From the NCBI GenBank assembly GCA_001643675.2, contig LSRY02000037.1, positions 62,001 through 126,000 on the forward strand: a stretch of 64,000 bases of DNA. Direction: 5' to 3'. The notes beneath the pieces are model-generated. The model did not search any database and was not told where the DNA came from. It saw only the letters and a program-made list of their open reading frames with translations. This document shows, one piece after another, positions 60,613 through 64,000 of the stretch. The stretch's first letter is position 1. Each line of letters opens with the position of its first letter. Made by a program: the position numbers and the translations under genes. The DNA comes from Monocercomonoides exilis PA203 (Eukaryota > Protista > Preaxostyla).

Positions 60613-63600
60613 GGTGTATCATCAGTCTATGGTCAGAGCGATGCTGCTGATGATGGATTCTATGATCCAGCCGAAACAGGATCAATGTTGATGGTTGGAG
60701 AAAGAGATAGAGATAGAGAAAGAGAGAGAAATAACACATCCCCATCTTCCGGTTCCATGTTGTCAATCTCTTCTTCTGTCTATGAGCGTCGAGATAACAG
60801 AGGAGGAGGAGGGAATGGAGGATTAGGAGGGAATGGAGGAAGTATTGGAGGAGGAGGAGAAGAGAGGGACAATGACAACAGCAGCATGGCATACCGCCCG
60901 CAGCGCCTGCCTTCGCTTTATCGCGCAGACACACTCCGATCGCGCGAGCCTTCTGTGGTGTCTTCAATGACAGCTGTCTCTTCTGTCTCGAACAGTTTGT
61001 CTTCTGCTTACTCTTCTTCTCTGTTCTCGGGCGCGTCGCAGTATCAGGGCAGTCTGGTTGGAGGAGGAGGAGGAGGAGGTGGTGGTGGTGGAGGGAGAGG
61101 GGGAAGAGGAGGAGGGAGAGGGGGCGAAGGAGAAGGAGGAGGAAATACATCTTCTTCTTCTGCTGCTGCTTCTTCCAAAAACCGCATCCCCTCATGCCCT
61201 GTCGATCCAGAAAACCTCATTCCACACCTGCCTCATGTGGAAGAGCCTGATTTGAGTGACATTTCAGACATCTCCAGCGATGAGCACAGTGAAAGTGAAG
61301 ATGATGACTATGATGATGAAGAGGAGGAGGAAGAGGATGAGGATGAAGAAGAAGAAGAGGATGAGGATGAAATGGAAGAAGAAGATGTTATTGATGATGA
61401 AGAGGGAGGAGAAGGGAGGATGGAAGAAGACACAGATAGAGGAGTTACAAGCAGGAAAGACAAGAAGAAGAGGAAGAAGAAGAAATCAAACAGATCGAAT
61501 AAAAAGGAAGGAGATAAAATGGATGATTCAGACGACAATTCGTCTCAAATGACTGCAAAACGGCTGGTTGTGAACGAGAAGAAGCAAAACAAGAGGAAAA
61601 ACCGCAAGCATCATCATCATCGCCATCACGATGATTTCTACACTTCTTCTTCTTCTTCTTCTTTTCCCTCAACCAATTCATCATCGTCGTCGTCTTCTTC
61701 CTCTTCTTCCTCCTCTTCTTCTTTTGCTCCTCATCGTACCACCGAAGGCGTGCCTGGTTTTTCGCAGCGTCGCTCTGTTCGTTTTCTGCCTGAAGATTTC
61801 CGTACTCTTTTGTGTGTAATGAAGATGCCCCCTCAAAAGCTGCTGAATCCTGTGAGCGACAAAATGCTAGACGCTATCACTGAAAATGCATTGAACCAAG
61901 CTATTTCTTCTTCTTCTTCTTCTAATTCTATTTCTTCTTCTCTTTCTTCTTCTTCCTTAGCTCCTCTTCCCGACCTCCCTGCTCCTACTCGGTTTGCCCC
62001 TTATCCTCAATTTGATCCAACTGCCTCGCAATTTCAACCTTATCTCACGCCTCTTGCTGCTCAGCACGCCCTGCCATTTCCACCAGACGATCCAGCGATT
62101 GTGATAGAGGAGAGGGAGAAGACAGAGGAGGAGAAGAGAAAGGAGAGGGAGAAGGAGGAGAAGGAAGAAGAGGAAAATGAAGAAGAAGAAGAGGGAGAAG
62201 AAGTGAGAAATGAAATGGATATGAACAATGCTGAAGGAAAAGAAGGAGAGAAAACAAAGAAAATCAAAAAAGAAAGCAAGAAAAGAGCAAAGAAAGAGAA
62301 AGGAAGCGGATTTGACTCTGTTTCAGCAGCAGCATCAACATCAGGAATAACATCAATATCATCATCATCTTCTTCTTCTTCTTCTTCCTCTTCCTCTTCC
62401 TCTTCCTCTTCCTCTTCTTCTTCTTCTTCTTCTTCCACCGTTCTTGTCTCATCCACCGCTCCTCTAGTGAATAGTGAGTCATTCATGACTGCCCCTCTCT
62501 CTGTGAGTGACCGCCCTCATCTCTTCTCCTACGGACAAGACGCTGTTGCCCCTTCATACTCTTCTTCAATCGCTGCTTCAGCTTCTTCTTCTTCTCTTTA
62601 TCCTTCTTCTTCTTCTTCTCCAATGTATATCCCCACATCCTCTGAGATTGAGTCTGCCGTGCAGATGAGCGCGTGTGTGAGTGAAATCACAGAAATCGAT
62701 GAGAATGAGCCACTTTTCAGTCGTTCTTCTCTGCTTGTGAATGACACGAGGGAAAGAATAGCGATGATGGCGAAGGCGATGAAGGAGCTGAATGCGGGGG
62801 AGAAGAGGAAGAGGGAAAGGGAGAGAGAAAGAGAAAGAGAAAGAGAGAGGGAGAGAGAAAGAGAAAGAGAAAGAGAAAGAGATATGGAGAAGGAGAAAGA
62901 AAGAGAGAAAGAGAGAAGTAGGATGATGAGGATGGGATATCTTTCATCATCATCTTCTTCTTCCTCTTCTTCCTCATCCACTTCTTCTGATAACTTCGAA
63001 TATCTTCCAGAGCCCATCAAAGAAATCCCTGTGATGCTGTTTCTAGTTCCAGGAAAGATTCATTTGTTTGAGCTTCCTTCGAAGGAGAAAGAGGAAGACG
63101 CGAAAAGAGAAATAGAAAGAGAACAAAAGAGAGTTGAGATGGAAAGAAAGAAAGAAGAAGAGAGAAGAAAAGAACAAATGACTAATTCTTCTTCCGTTTC
63201 TTCTCAGATGATTAGCGATGATTCTAATATAGCATTATCGCAAGAACAAATTGAAAGCAGAAACCAACAAAACTCAATCACAACAACATCATCATCTTCT
63301 CCTTCTCCCTCCTCTTCCTCTTCTCCTCCTTCTCCCCCCTCTCTTCCCCCCGACATCGCATGCATCATCACCCAAGGCCGGCGCATCGTCGCCCAGCTCG
63401 TCTTCCCCTCATCCATGCCCTTCGTCACCGTCTGCCGCGAGCTCTCCCTCTTCACCCGCCCTTCCCGCCAGACGCCTTCCTTCGTGATGAAGCAGTACTC
63501 AAAGGGAGGAATCCCCAAACCCCCCATCGATCCAGTCACGTTTGCCACGACTGTGAGGGTGGCTGCGCAGGACGCAGAGGGAGTGACGGTGCTGAAGATA

Positions 63601-64000
63601 CCGCATGTGGAGAATGTGCCGTTTGAGCGGTATTTCCAGCCGGAGTTTCACGGGGCTGACACATCGTATAGGACGGATCCTGCACTGTTTGAGAGGTATG
63701 GGGACAGATGGGGGGAGGAAGGAGAAGAAGAAGAGGATGAGGAGGAAGAAGAGGAGGAGGAGGATGAAAGCAATGCTTCATCATTATCATTGCTTTCTGA
63801 GAATCAAAGGCATAATCGAGATGGAATGGTACAATTTGGTGGAAATGGAGGTATATCAATGATTGGCATATCTGGTGAATCCAATGAACTTCTCAAAGAT
63901 AAAGAAGGAGGAGAATTAGAAACAAAACGAGAGAAGAAGAAGAAGTCAACGAAGAAGAAGAAAGTTGTTATTGCGAATTCGGAAGAAGGATACAGCAGCT
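59377..64000 (+). CDS. Hypothetical low-complexity-rich protein, 3'-partial; exons 59377-59451, 59545-59577, 59644-60292, 60614->64000
   Basis: GT..AG introns have compatible phases. The frame from 60616 appears open to the window end and is missing from the ORF track because it has no stop. No family was recognised. Confidence 0.7.
60552..60609 (+). repeat. (TC)n microsatellite forming the polypyrimidine tract of an intron 3' end
   Basis: It lies directly before the CAG acceptor at 60611-60613. Confidence 0.9.

Noticed and set aside
60950-61010. RING-like CLFCLEQF peptide
   Set aside because: It lies in an alternate frame that closes quickly. The long open frame reads Ser-rich sequence here.

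Overview
This is AT-rich eukaryotic genomic DNA with short spliceosomal introns and standard-code ORFs. The gene families and poly-Ser-rich proteins resemble an oxymonad such as Monocercomonoides; this assignment is my recognition and has not been verified. The first 36 kb is a large inverted segmental duplication with arms of about 9.5 kb and 12.4 kb. Each arm carries a giant single-pass receptor with a repeat ectodomain and a degenerate kinase C-lobe. The 14-kb spacer holds a disrupted HGH1 head-to-head with a ~2980-aa XRN1-like exoribonuclease that has an inserted RRM and two GC-AG introns. An apparently intact, intron-containing pogo/Fot1-type DD35D transposon sits in the right arm only. 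The 36-53 kb region contains transposons and pseudogenes: a foldback element splitting a tandem-repeat gene, a Merlin-like MITE, and a nested structure. In that structure, Tc1/IS630-type TIRs enclose a second element with ~157-bp TIRs carrying a fragment of the same surface-receptor family, resembling a Pack-MULE. The window ends with a Tudor-knot/MYST acetyltransferase carrying a ~760-aa poly-Ser insertion and a partial gene of unknown function. All exon structures were inferred by eye.
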